A stretch of DNA of 43,851 nt, taken from the NCBI GenBank assembly GCA_026023565.1, contig JAPETS010000063.1:62001-105851 (forward strand), given 5' to 3'. This document shows positions 1-12,700 of this stretch, in pieces. Position numbers and translations under genes: made by a program. The notes beneath the pieces are model-generated. The model had not been told where the DNA came from, searched no databases, and saw nothing but the letters and a program-made list of their open reading frames with translations. Positions within the stretch are counted from its first letter, which is position 1, and each line of letters starts with the position of its first letter. The DNA is from Cirrosporium novae-zelandiae. Its lineage: Eukaryota.

Positions 1-513
1 TCGTCCATGTAAAGAATGCGCAAGCACTTTAATTCTAATTTCTACCCCTATATATATTATGTACAGTACTCTATGCATGTCAATTCAGCAGTCTTCATTG
101 GTAACCTTTTCGCATTATTATTATATTTGTGATATGGAGTACCCGATACTCCATCCCAGTCATCCCCCACCCGTCCAACAAACGTACGTCTATCCGTCCG
201 TCATCAGAACGCTGTACCCGCCCGAGTCGTGATGTCCATCCCCCCATAAAAAATTACAACACTGGAAAGGTGACTGAGAATTTACATGCGTACGTTCCAT
301 CGTCCAAGTCCCTGCCCTATTCATCTCATCGCATCGTATCTCTCCAAACCATCCCAATTCTATCAGGCCATCCGAGAAATTAGAGATTCTGTGCGATCGG
401 TGTGGGCTGTAGACGAATTGACGACGTTATCTAATGCCCTAAAGCAAAGGGTTTTAGATGATGATTGATCCGTCTTGGCAGATCTCATTCGCCTCATCTT
501 GTGCTTCGTCCGT

Positions 514-1725
514 TCATGCCTTTCGGGATCTAATTGATCCATTGGTTTTTGCTGATCCATTGACCTCGGCTGAACCATTGACGTAACCATTCGCCGAAGC
601 AACAATTTCTGTCGCCTGCCCGAGAGTGGGGACCTCAGCCCTCTTGAACTCATGTACTGCCTCTCCGGTGTTGCGGCGTGGTCGTCCTTTGGTACTCTTC
701 TTGTATGTCGCAACGTAGAAGGAGATGAAGAGAAGGAGGTAGGAGCTGATAATGCCAATCCCAGCAAATGCAGCGAATTCTTCTCCAGCACAGCTACCGT
801 AGGATGGCATCCATGGGAAGTAAGTCGAAGTGAAGTATGTGTAGGAAGCGAAGTAAACGAAACCTGTCGTCTGTTAGATTGTAAAGAGATGAAAGGATGT
901 AGAGCGCAGTTACCTAGGTCAATCACGAATTGTAGAATCTGAAGGCGGGTGATCCATTCTTTCCACCAAATGCGAATGCCACGGGAACTCTGGAAGTAGT
1001 ACCAGTACATGACAACATGAACCATAAGGTTAAGAGTAATCACTACCCATGATACCGCCGTGTTACCAATGAGTTGAGTCCAGCAGAGAAGGGCCGTTGC
1101 TCCATGATGGTAGGTGTGGAGGAATGCTGAGGGCAGTTAGTTAAATTTCACTGGAAATCAACCTCGAGTAGACTCACTCAATGGCTTCTTCTTCAAAACC
1201 AAAAAGATGGTATCAATGAACTCGATGTACTTGACCAGGTAGTTGAGCTACAAACAAGGAAAAGTTATTAGCGAGGATCCTAAAAAGCCAGATTTCACTA
1301 CTAACATAGTATAAAGTTATGAGCTCTCTAGTCCAGCCACCTCGGTGGCTACAAATGGAGAAGAAAAGTCCATGATTCCACACGGTAGAAAGTAGCTGTT
1401 CGGTGAACAGTGCCAATAATATGGAGCTGATGCTCGTCAAGATAAAATTATGAAGTATGAACAAGGCGTTCAGTCGCAATGGCGTACGGTTCTTCATCAA
1501 CTCGCGACCCCCAAATATGATAACATAATACGCCACGAGCATACATGCAGTCCCCTTGAAGGTTGATAAAAGAGTATCATCCCGAATGAACTGAAAATCT
1601 TGTGGTGAATAGCCCGTAATGGCCGAGTAGACTTGGTCAAATATGGGCCATAACTTGATGCCAAAGGGATGGTCAATGGTCGGGTATGGTATGGACTTCC
1701 AGATATCGGTCGGCATGGTTGCCAT
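514..1725 (-). CDS. Very-long-chain fatty acid elongase (ELO/GNS1/SUR4 family); exons 1725-1306, 1247-1178, 1126-914, 863-514
   Basis: Spliced product gives [38 protein letters not shown] (ELO HxxHH box), [13 protein letters not shown] and [20 protein letters not shown], with a basic C-terminus RSRKA. Three GT-AG introns restore frame. Most similar to yeast Elo2/Fen1-Elo3 type. Confidence 0.93.
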
Positions 1726-3345
1726 TGTGAGGCTGAGGGAATCTGTGGTCGTCTATAGTTATACCTGAATGGCGTCGGTTGGGGTAGAGTGATTAAAAAG
1801 ATTAAGAGCTCGTGAATCCGATGAATCTAGTTACCCTAGCAATGCCGAAAATGCGCGGGGCCGCGTGTAAGCAGCAAAAGCTGATTAAGAAAAGTAAATG
1901 AATGACAATAACTGTGAGACACGTCCGACGGATGGCAGCATCGAAGACTAAAGCAGAAGGATAAGAAGAATGGAGATAATTGGAAGGGGAAGAATGAAGA
2001 AGATGAAGCTGCTAATGCGCGAAATATTATAATTTTTTTTTTTTTTGTTTTCGCAAAATCAAAAGGGGGCCGTTGCCGTTAGGGAAGATCAAGTTGGAGG
2101 AGATTGGCAGCTTCACGGTCAAGCTCAGCATGTGATGGCAAAGCTGAGAAATCTCAACGCGAACATGTCAGGCATTTGATTGGTAGGTACCTGGAGGATG
2201 ATTAATTAGCTTCAACCTTACTTGACTTTGTGGCCAACAAAACCTCAAGGAAATACCTAAGTCAGCGGAGGAAATATTTTCCATGTCCCATTCAATATAT
2301 ATCCGATATCAGCCGAAGTATTCGTAGAAGCCGAATATGCCGAGGACCCTGTTGTTCTGAGTACGTCCCAGCTATTGCCTTACTGTACCACATAGTTGTC
2401 TCATGTGAAGATTGACGGTAGCTATATTGAATATCTTCTTCTCTGAGTGGTTTCTTCGTATATGATGTTGCTTCATTTTATTGTCCATATGTTACCCTTG
2501 GGATTCTTTCGTATATGTAATGAACTACAAAAAAGAAGACCACTTTTTAGTAAATGAAATGGAATGTTGAATAATCAATATTTTCTACATATCATTTTTA
2601 GAGAAGTCTTCAATTTTAGATCCAAGACATGGAAATAATATCTAACAAGTAAGCTTACTTTTGAATGCTGGTACTGTACAACTATGTACTCCAACCCTTG
2701 GAAATGAAACTTGGTATATGTCATGCAAGGAAGATGGTACTGTTAGAAGGTATCTGCTATTCGATATAAGTTCTGGAAGTTATGGACCTTCTAGAACTTC
2801 TCTTCTACATACCTTACTGTAGTATCAAAACCCTCAAAAATTATAACATCGGTGACAATCTTCATATAATTATTAAGAGGAATTATACAGATTATGTACA
2901 GTACGTACGTACAGCTCGCAACGGTTACTCATCTGGAACTCTCTCGTGACATTTTCAACGACTAGCTAATCAGGCTATGAATTAATGTAATTAGCTAGTT
3001 GAAATACTCGAAGCAGTAAATATCCTCGTATTATTTTGTACAGTTTCCCCAGAAATTCGAAGCCCTACAGTCAGTCGTATGACATTGGGGTTATTCTCAA
3101 AGGTACGCTCAAATGCTGAATGTTACGCTGAGGATCCGAGAAATTCCCCTGGTCCGCAAACAGGAACCAAACACAACCTTGGAAGGGACTTTACGACTTG
3201 GAAATCACTACCCTGCTGTTGGCGAACACCGGAATCTGCCTCAGAAAGAACTTGGGAAAACAACCCGACCACGACGAACGTCTGTTCTTTCAACCTTCTT
3301 CAACCACTATCTAATCTGAATAAAAATCACCACTCAATCTGTCTA

Positions 3346-4148
3346 ATGGCCTCTGCGGCATTTCTCCGCCTGTCCTTGAGGACCCAGGCCCCCTCCACTC
3401 TGTCCAGATGCACCAGGTGCATCGCGACGAGACCTGCCTTTACCGCAGTTCAGACCTCAGCTTTTCCTGCCAGCTTCAGCACCTCTGCTAGGCGCTCCAA
3501 TGACCACGACCACGAGGAGACCTTTGAGGAGTTCACTGCTAGGTTCGTGGTATTATTTCCCGATATTTGGAAGCTTCAATTGAGCTTCAACTTTTCCGCT
3601 TCCGTCATCTAGGATCTTGAAAATCTTTCAAGACATAGTTTTCAGCCTTGCTGCAATACAAATGAGGCCTACAACTGACAGGATCTAATTTCCAGATATG
3701 AGAAGGAGTTTGATAAAGTCCAGGACGTTTTTGAGCTTCAGGTACTTGATCAATTCTCCAGCCGCCTGAGCCGTGGACCTACAAAACTAAACATCTGACA
3801 CATCAATTCTTTCATGTAGCGTAACCTCAACAACGCTTTTGCTTATGATCTTGTCCCATCACCAAGCGTCATCAGTGCTGCCCTACGAGCTGCTCGAAGG
3901 GTCAATGACTTCCCAACCGCTGTGAGAATTTTCGAGGGTCTGACCCCCGCATTTACATCATACATCACCTAAATAGAGTTGGGCTGATTTTCTCTTTTAC
4001 TTTAGGTATCAAAGCAAAGGTCGAGAACCAGGGTCAATATGAACAGTACGTCCAAGAATTGAAAGGACTTCGGGAAGAGCTTGGTGTTCCATTGAAGGAG
4101 GATCTCTACCCCGGAGATTCTGATAACCCACATCTTAATCAGAATTAG
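3346..4148 (+). CDS. COX6: Cytochrome c oxidase subunit Va (yeast Cox6 orthologue); exons 3346-3542, 3696-3741, 3820-3937, 4006-4148
   Basis: Arg/Ser/Ala-rich mitochondrial presequence, then HEETFEEFTARYEKEFDKVQDVFELQRNLNNAFAYDLVPSPSVISAALRAARRVNDFPTAVRIFEGIKAKVEN...LREELGV, the COX5A/Cox6 signature. Three GT-AG introns keep frame. Confidence 0.95.
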
Positions 4149-4623
4149 AGCCTTTAATCACAGCATAGTTGGCTATTTACGGATGGCCAACGTGTCCATT
4201 TCGGATAGGAGTAGAGTATGCGGGTTGGAAGAGGACGGATCCATTGATGTTGTAAGATCTGTACATACCATTCATACAGAAGATTTCAATTGCTACGTTC
4301 TGTATGATTGCAAAAATTTCTTTCGTTGGTTTCGGCTACATTCTTTCACCTCAGCCAGGTTCCTCCGTGACCAAGACCAATTATGCAAAGCATTGCCTAG
4401 TATTACCAGATTTCTTCCAGCTGCTATTTTCAACACCTTAGCATAGCCTGGAGTACTAGTAGCTCGATTATACAATGTATAGAACATGATGAAAACACTG
4501 CAGTGAACCCGCTATTCCGGCCTTATCGAGGCCTCTACCTAAACGCCATCATTGCCAACCAATGCCTTTACACTGTAAAACAAAGTGGTCTGCGGAAAAC
4601 AGTCTCGTCGGGAATGTTGATTC

Positions 4624-5984
4624 TTAGGTAATACCAACATACTTGAACCAATTAGGTCTGCAGTCTTCCTTGTTGAGCCATGCCTCTCCATCTGTAAATC
4701 TGCCCGTCACGCATCCAGAACATTTGGGCGAGTTCGGACAATTGAAATATGGAATATGCTGATATCCAATATCACGGAACCTAGAATACGGTTACATTAA
4801 TTTGCATTCAACAACAATGTTATTCTCAGTGGATAAGGGAGCTTACCAATGGATCTTACTAGCATCTTCGAATAAGCCGAGAGCGATTGAATGAACTGGA
4901 GCATCTCCCCAGCGCTCATAAAAGAACCCGCCCGCTCTATCCAGGTGATTGAAATAATCTTCGTATGCCTGACTCCGCCAGAAACTCATGTCCGCGATCT
5001 CGAAGTTGGACCAGAAATGGCAGGTTGAGTAGCCATTTGCTTTAAGGTTATGGTCTGGCCGTCGTTCACTATCTTTCAACCACTTCATAGCATTGTTTCC
5101 ATGTATGTATTCAGGGTGTTGAGCGAGAAACTTCATGGTCTCCGGCCAAAGTGTTGGAATGCTTTCTGGGGCATCGTATAAATTGATCGTGAATCCATAT
5201 GTTTTATTGGTGTCTTGCATGTAGCGGAAGACGTCATAGTCCACGTCACAGAAGAAATGGACTTTGGGTTCCACACGCCAATAATACTGGTAATTTGCCA
5301 GGGCAGGGTGTTTATAGAACATCCCACTATTCCAACGGCACATCTGATGATAGGAAGCCAAGTTGCCATATTGTATGTTATTTTCTTTAAGGATTTGGGC
5401 GGACTCCTGAAACAGATCGTTGTTGATCCATGATGGGACTGCCCAGTGCTCCTCAGGTATTATCTCTAGAGCAACGATTGAATTAGGAATCTCATCTCTA
5501 CAGTAGGACGTGGGAAACGTACCATAGGAGCATTTTGCCTTTGTTTCCGCCTGTGTCCTCCTCTTGAACTCATCTGTAAAGGGTTCATCATTGAAAAATG
5601 TCCATGGGTAATTGAACTTGTGATTCCATGTCCTCTCTAGGTCTCTCATTGACTGTATCAACTCGCCTAGCTCCCTATTACGCACCAAAGATAGCAATGT
5701 CGCATTGATTCTTGATGACGGATTGGCATCTGGCGCATAAGAGTCGTCTGCTCGCCATAGATGGCCTTCTGGTTCTCCGGTTGCTATAATATAATCAGCG
5801 CGGTAGAGTGATAAGTTGGCGTGTCTTTCATACGATCCAAATTTGGGTCCCTGATCATATCCTCCAGTTTCTCTCCTACTCCGCCTTGGAGTGGTGGCGG
5901 TGTTCTGAAAATAAGATAGACTAGGTAAAAGAAAAGGAAACCTGAGGCAAATGCCAATGCACGCATTGGCTTCGGGACTGCCAT
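4624..5984 (-). CDS. Golgi alpha-1,2-mannosyltransferase, GT15 KRE2/MNT1/KTR family (Ktr4-like); exons 5984-5834, 5783-5523, 5465-4847, 4780-4624
   Basis: Type II N-terminal TM anchor; NATLLSLVRN, FNYPWTFFNDEPF, SYHQMCRWNSG, YYWRVEP, CHFWSNFEI, GGFFYERWGDAPVHS and WFRDIGYQH are GT15 motifs. Confidence 0.93.
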
Positions 5985-6330
5985 TGTGATGGAGAGGATT
6001 CCTTCAAAGACTGCATTTGAGAAATCCAGTCCAGAATGCTTCACTAAAGGATGGACACTCTGTAAGGACTTTTAGGAAACCTTTACCCTGGCAGGGGTCT
6101 CCTCGAAAGTGGTGATTTGGACGAATGAAAATCAATTTGTCGGTGGAAGGTTGCGCGTCTCCGCTTTCGCGCGTAATGATACAATGATACCTAGTTAGTT
6201 AGCAAGTATACCTAGACTAACACCTACGGGCATACACTTTTATATCTTAATTGCTATGCCATCAATAATCCTTTCTGATTATATCCTGACTTGAGCTTTG
6301 CGCTATGTCGGCAATGATCTATAACTTCTC

Positions 6331-9075
6331 ATGGCCTACGAAAGGGGACTCCGCCCCTTGACAGATCAACTGGTAACGAGTCTAACAGGCTTGACCAAAG
6401 AGGTATTGTGACTGATATTCAATATCATTGGATATTACTAAATAGAAATTTAGGATCATGGCTCTACGTTCAACTCTGTCCGTGTCTCGGTTATCCGCAA
6501 GCTTAAACACCAAAGCTGGGCAAGAACAAATCAATTTGATGTTGCCGATGAATATGATGGCTTAGTGGAGAAGTTTCGGATTATGAATAAGGATGTTTTG
6601 GCGGATTCCCTTCGTGCTCGATTGGATGAACTTCATGATATAAATAATGAATGGATACCCGAATTACTGTCTTTGTTCCTACAGGTAGCCGATCAGCCTG
6701 TATTGAAAGCACGCGTATCGGATCTTAAGCATTTGCACCTGCCGGAACCTGCTCCCCCATTGACCTGGGCCAAGATTGATGCAGATGACCCTCTTGACAA
6801 TCGGGATGGAGTTTGGGATAATGTGAATTTTGCCGGAGGCGATTCAGAAGATGAGACCATTTCCACAATTCTAAAATCAACTCCCGAGGCGAGTTCTGAA
6901 GGTACCAATGAAAGTCGTTCCACGACCCCGGAGCTTCCACCTCTAGATAACATTGAATCGACTACAATAAGCTATGACGATTTATTTGCCAAAGTCCGAA
7001 AAGCACAATTTTGGCAGCCAGGTTTTAGATTGGGAGAGACCGTCCGTCATGTTAGCTTCTCAAGTCAAGGCCACATACAGATTACAGAGCTACAAGCATT
7101 CCGAGAAGTGTTGTTTATGCTTCGGGGACTTTCTGGCACGTTATTCAAATTTGATGCAGGTGGTGAGGCACTGATAGACAAGACTTATGCTCTCGGTCAT
7201 TCTTCCTATCAGACTTTTTATTCTATTCTCACAGATTTTGCTACCATGGGTTCGAAAATAAACCAAGTTCGTAAATGGGCTAGAGGTGAACAAACAGAAG
7301 CACCTCTTCGAAATTTCAAGATCGAGATTGAAAATCGTCTCTGTCTATTTGCACTGGTGCTGGATGATATTGAGGATGCAGCCCAGCTAGCGAAGGGAAA
7401 TTTTGTGACCAGCCTAATGGGGCTCCGCGAACAACTCAGCAATCATGTAACGCCTCTCATAGACTTATCGCGTTTACTCTCTGTTCTCGATCATGATGCC
7501 AATACCTCGTCCTACCGCCACCTTGAATTAACATTTGAATCGGCATGTTGCCATCAGGCAATGAGCGAGGACGTGATGTTTAAGTATATGGCTTGCTTGT
7601 TTTTGAAATCACTGCATGCTTATCTAAGGCCAGTAACGGATTGGATGACTGCTGGTAGCCTTGATCCAGAACATAGGAGCTTTTTTGTTCGTCAATCTGA
7701 TGTGGGGACGGACTCTTTTTCCTGGAATAAGAGTTATCTCTTAAAGCAAGCTTCTAGTGGAAGAATTGATGCCCCCTTCTTCTTACTTCCATTTGTGCAG
7801 AAGATATTCGTGACCGGGAAGAGCGTTCAGTTCCTCAGAAGCCTTGGGGTAGATATTGTAGACCAACTTGGATCTCAAGAGGACGTGAATACCCTTTTCG
7901 GTCAAGATATATGGCTGCATAATCCCGCCAGCTCATTCGTCCCATTTTCTGAGTACATTAGCGCGACGATGGATAAGTGGATCAGCCCGCTTCATACGAT
8001 CGCTTCTTCAGAACTTCGGGAGCAGATTCTCTCTAGATGTGGTTTATGGAGATCCCTGGATGCCCTTGAGATAATATATTTTGCTAGAAACGGCGTTGTT
8101 TTCAATACCATCGAAGCAGACCTGTTTGCAAAAATTGATGGCAATCGTAAGGCTTGGAATGATCGATATCTTTTGACTGAATTATTTCAAGGAGCTCTCA
8201 ACTCCATGGCCTCAGTCGACGCAGAACGATTGGTCATCAGAACGGCAAAGCAGACAATGTCGAGAAAACTGCAACCCCAGTCTCGCTCCGTAAATATACT
8301 GCGGACCATTGGCGTTGATTATGCTTTACCGTGGCCAGTTGCCAATATTTTGGACAAGCAGTTATTATCCACCTATCAACGAACCTTTACTTTCCTCTTG
8401 CAGCTGAGGAGAGCAAGATATGTCCTCCAGCGCGGCCGCCTTGTGACGAGTGCATCCGTTTCCGCTGTTAGATCTCGGTCCTGGATTCTGACTTACTCCC
8501 TCCGACACAACTTAATCTGGTTTTGCAATGCCCTTCAGACGTACATCACAGAGCTCGTCTTGCCTATAACATCGGCCTCCATCCGAAGGGATGCAGCTGC
8601 GGCTGAGGATGTAGATGCTATGATTGGTGCATTTCGAGCATATGGTCGTCGCTTGGAGGACCAATGTATGCTGTCGGATCGGCTAGAGCCCATTCGGCAA
8701 GCAATTATTGCTATCCTCGACCTTTGTGTTCTCTTTTCAGATCTAGTGACATCGGACAGTATTAGCCAGAATGGCGAAGCTGTACCCTCGGTGCAGAATA
8801 AAGTTAAGTCTACATCAAGGATCAACACGTATGAGGAGAGTGATTCGGAGGCAGAAGACGTGTCTTCATCTGGTGAAGAAATGGAGGGGGATGTAACAGT
8901 AATGACGAACAGTGACCCAGATTTTGTATCTTCACTGCAAAACATGAAAAAGCAATCTGAACAGCTGTATGGCTTTGTTAAAGAAGGACTTAGGGGTGTA
9001 AGCAGGGCCGGAGGAGAGGCAAGCTGGGATATGTTAGCAGATATGTTGGAATGGAAGGCTGACAAAAGAAGATGA
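6331..9075 (+). CDS. Gamma-tubulin ring complex component, Spc97/Spc98 family (GCP5/Mod21-like); exons 6331-6402, 6454-9075
   Basis: 836-aa ORF extended by a 24-codon first exon and an in-frame upstream part (RTNQFDV...GLVEKF). ITELQAFREVLFMLRG, LRPVTDWMTAGSL, KIFVTGKSVQFLRSL and YALPWPVANIL...YQRTFTFLLQLRRA are GCP-family features. The GCP5 subtype call comes from the N-terminal pattern. Confidence 0.85.
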
Positions 9076-9781
9076 TATTAATTAGTTGAAATACAGAAGT
9101 CTGAAAATCTGATGTATAATTATTTTCTAACGTTTTATTAAACTAGTGAGTCATTTTAGAAGTTGTATATATGCCCCTGGGTACCTCAACTACTGGGTGG
9201 TTGAAGACATTTCCTTGATGGATATTTGGGCTTCTTGGCCTCAGGCATAATTAGATATGTTAAGGTACACCCTAACCTCAACCAAATTCCTGGGGCTAAA
9301 CCTAGAATAGTATCGCCTACACGCCAAACTAGTCGCTTGGCATTAATTGAGCAAAGCTCTTCCCCCCAGGAAGCTCTCCTCGCCTGGAGGCAAGCAATGG
9401 GGATTGATATATGGCTCTCTCCCGGCGTCATTATACACCCATCCTTCCACTTCTTTCCATTTCTTGCTTGACATGGATATCTGAACAACTAATGTCATGA
9501 CGACATTTGAAATTTTCATAATAATTTTTTTCCACCTTTTCAATCTGGCCACAAAGACTGCATACAATATAATTTTCTTCTGTTCCCCACCCGACATCTG
9601 AATGGAAAGCGCGTTCCCTCAAAATACCTCTGAAGGGCAATCTGCATGATACGTTACACGATATACGTATTAGTTTATCTGGTCTATTGAATTAAGACGA
9701 CAAATCACTCACACCAGCCTGCGCAGGCCTGGATGCAATGCAAGGCGCTCTGTCGCAACCATAGTTGAACCAGTGGACAAT

Positions 9782-12700
9782 ATGACAACAGAGAAGAACG
9801 TTGAGCAGTTCGCTCAGCGATTGGGTGATCCAAGTCTTGGTGAGATAGTTTCTTGCGACTTGATATTCAGAATATATCATCCACCGTTACTGACTATGAA
9901 TCCTAGATGCAAAAACGAAGGCTAACCTCGCCATCGAGCTTAGAGATGGGCTTGATTATCTATGTTCTGGACCGACATATCTGGTCTTCCTAAGGCGCAT
10001 GATACCTATTTTCACAAAACTTTTGGAGGGGCCACCCATCTTCGTAAGTTCGTCGTATGAACAAAAACTACGAAACGTCGTCCTGGAGATCTTCCATCGC
10101 CTACCTTCGAACCCTCCCGAGCCTTTTGAATCATACGCCCCCCAGGTTGTGGATCTCTTGATAGGCCTGGCGAAGGTCGATAACGAGGATAATGTTGTTT
10201 TGTGCATGAAGGCGTTGATGGATATCGTGCGACATCATCCCAAGGCCACTGCAGACAAGGTTCAGCCTTTCCTTGACCTCATACAAGAACTCTTCGAAAC
10301 CATGGACCAGGTCGTTAAAGATACCTTCGATACTTCTAGCACGGCCCCGGGGATGCCATCCACACCAGGGACGTCGCAAAACTTTCAATCGTCCCCTAAA
10401 CCCGGGTCTCCTGCTACTTCAGTTCCGGACCTGGGAGGTCCAGATCAGCCTTCCTCACGTCCTTTACAGAAAGGCATGCAATCTTTCAAGGTTCTCGCCG
10501 AATGCCCAATAATAGTTGTTTCCATTTTCCAAGCACATAGGACACATAGCCGGGAAAGCGTCGTCCAATTCGTACCGTTGATCAAAGGGCTCCTTCTCCT
10601 GCAAGCTAGCCCACAGGAGCGTGCACACGCCGAGGCCAAGGCGCAAGGAAAAATATTCACCGGTGTTAGCAAAGAAATCAAGAATCGAGCAGCCTTTGGG
10701 GATTTCATAACCGCGCAGGTCAAGACGATGAGCTTTTTGGCATACCTTCTTCGGGTACACTCTCATTTTCTTCAAGATTTTCTGCCTACACTTCCCGACA
10801 TCGTTGTACGACTGCTTCGGGACTGCCCCAGGGAGAAATCTGGTGCTAGGAAAGAACTCTTGGTTGCTATTCGACACATAATCAACTTCAATTTTCGAAA
10901 AGTTTTTCTGGTCAAGATTGATGAACTTCTCGATGAAAGGACCCTTATTGGCGATGGTCTGACCGTTTATGAGACGATGCGTCCTCTTGCATACAGCATG
11001 TTAGCAGACCTATTACACCATGTTAGAGAACACTTGAACACAGACCAAATCCGAAAGACCATTGAGGTTTATACAAAGAACCTTCACGATAATTTTCCAG
11101 GTACCAGTTTCCAGACGATGAGCGCAAAACTATTGCTGAACATGGCGGAATCAATTGCGAAGAAATCCGACAATAAAGAGGATGGACGGCACTTTTTGGT
11201 CATGATCTTAGATGCCATCGGAGATAAGTTCGCTGCAATGAATCGGCAATATCCAAATGCGGTTAAGCTCACCAAGCTTAATGCCCAAAACCCCGGAGAT
11301 GATGGTCCTGATATATTTCTTGCCGAAGACGAGTCTTGTCCAGAATGGGATGAAATCGATATCTTTAACGCCACCCCTATCAAGACTTCCAACAGGAAGG
11401 ATCGAGCTAGCAATCCAATTTTCGACAATAAATTCTTGTTCAAGAATCTTGTCAATGGCCTGAAACAGATGTTCTTCCAATTAAAAGAGACCAATCCAGC
11501 CACCCCTGTTATTGAACTCAGTAATGCCCCGTCCAACTGGGCAGATCTCTCCTTTGGTTACAATGCAGAGGAAGTCAATGTCATCCGAAAACTGTTCCGC
11601 GAAGGCGCTCGATGTTTTCGTTATTACAATGTTGAGGAAAGCCCGGTGGACTTTCCTTCTTCGCCGCCGGTGGAGTATCTCGCAAACTTCCACATGTCCC
11701 AAATCGGTAGAGAGGAAAAAGACCTCCTGGAGAATTTCTCGACGGTGTTTCATTGTATCGATCCAGCGACGTTCCACGAAGTCTTTCAAGCCGAGATACC
11801 TGACCTCTATGAGATGATGTTTGAACATGGAGCCCTGTTACATATTGCACAATTCTTCTTAGCAAGCGAAATTACCTCTTCTAGTTTTGCCGGAATGGTT
11901 TTACAATTTCTTATGGACCATCTCGAGGATGTTGGCTCTGCTGATGTTACAAAGGCGTCCGTACTGCTGAAGATGTTCAAGTTATCCTTTATGGCTGTTA
12001 CTCTTTTTGCCGCACAGAATGAGCGGATTCTCCTGCCACACGTGACGAATATCATCACACGTTCTATACAGCTGTCGGCAAATGCGGACGAGCCCTTACA
12101 CTATTTCATCCTACTAAGGTCCCTGTTCCGAAGCATCGGGGGTGGGCGCTTTGAACTACTTTACAAGGAGATACTCCCATTGTTGGAACATCTCCTCATG
12201 GTCTTTAATGACCTTCTCTCGAATGCTCGAAAACCACAGGAGCGAGACCTGTACGTTGAGCTGACCCTCACCGTGCCAGCACGTCTAAGCCATCTCCTTC
12301 CGCATCTTGGTTATCTAATGAAGCCTTTGGTTATTGCACTGAGGGCCGGGTCGGATCTTGTCGGTCAAGGGTTGCGAACACTTGAGCTTTGTGTTGATAA
12401 TCTCACGGCGGACTACCTCGACCCTATAATGGCTCCAGTGATGGACGATCTTATGAGTGCCCTTTGGGATCATCTTCGCCCAAGTCCATACAATCATCAA
12501 CATGCACATAACACCATGCGGATTCTTGGAAAGCTTGGTGGTAGAAATAGAAAGTTCATCAATAAGCCACCAGGCCTCAACTTCAAAGAATATGCAGATG
12601 ACGAAAGTAGCTTCAACATTAAACTCATAGGTTCTCATAGGGACCGTGCTTTCCCTGCTCAGCTTGGCATTCAGCTTGCTATTGCTAAACTCAAGGAAAC

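Noticed and set aside
363..1043. 226-aa ORF as a separate gene
   Set aside because: It is elongase exon 3 reading through an intron into the wrong frame.
9186..9640. Short overlapping ORFs between GCP5 and TRA1
   Set aside because: No motifs or coherent splice structure; consistent with terminator/promoter DNA.
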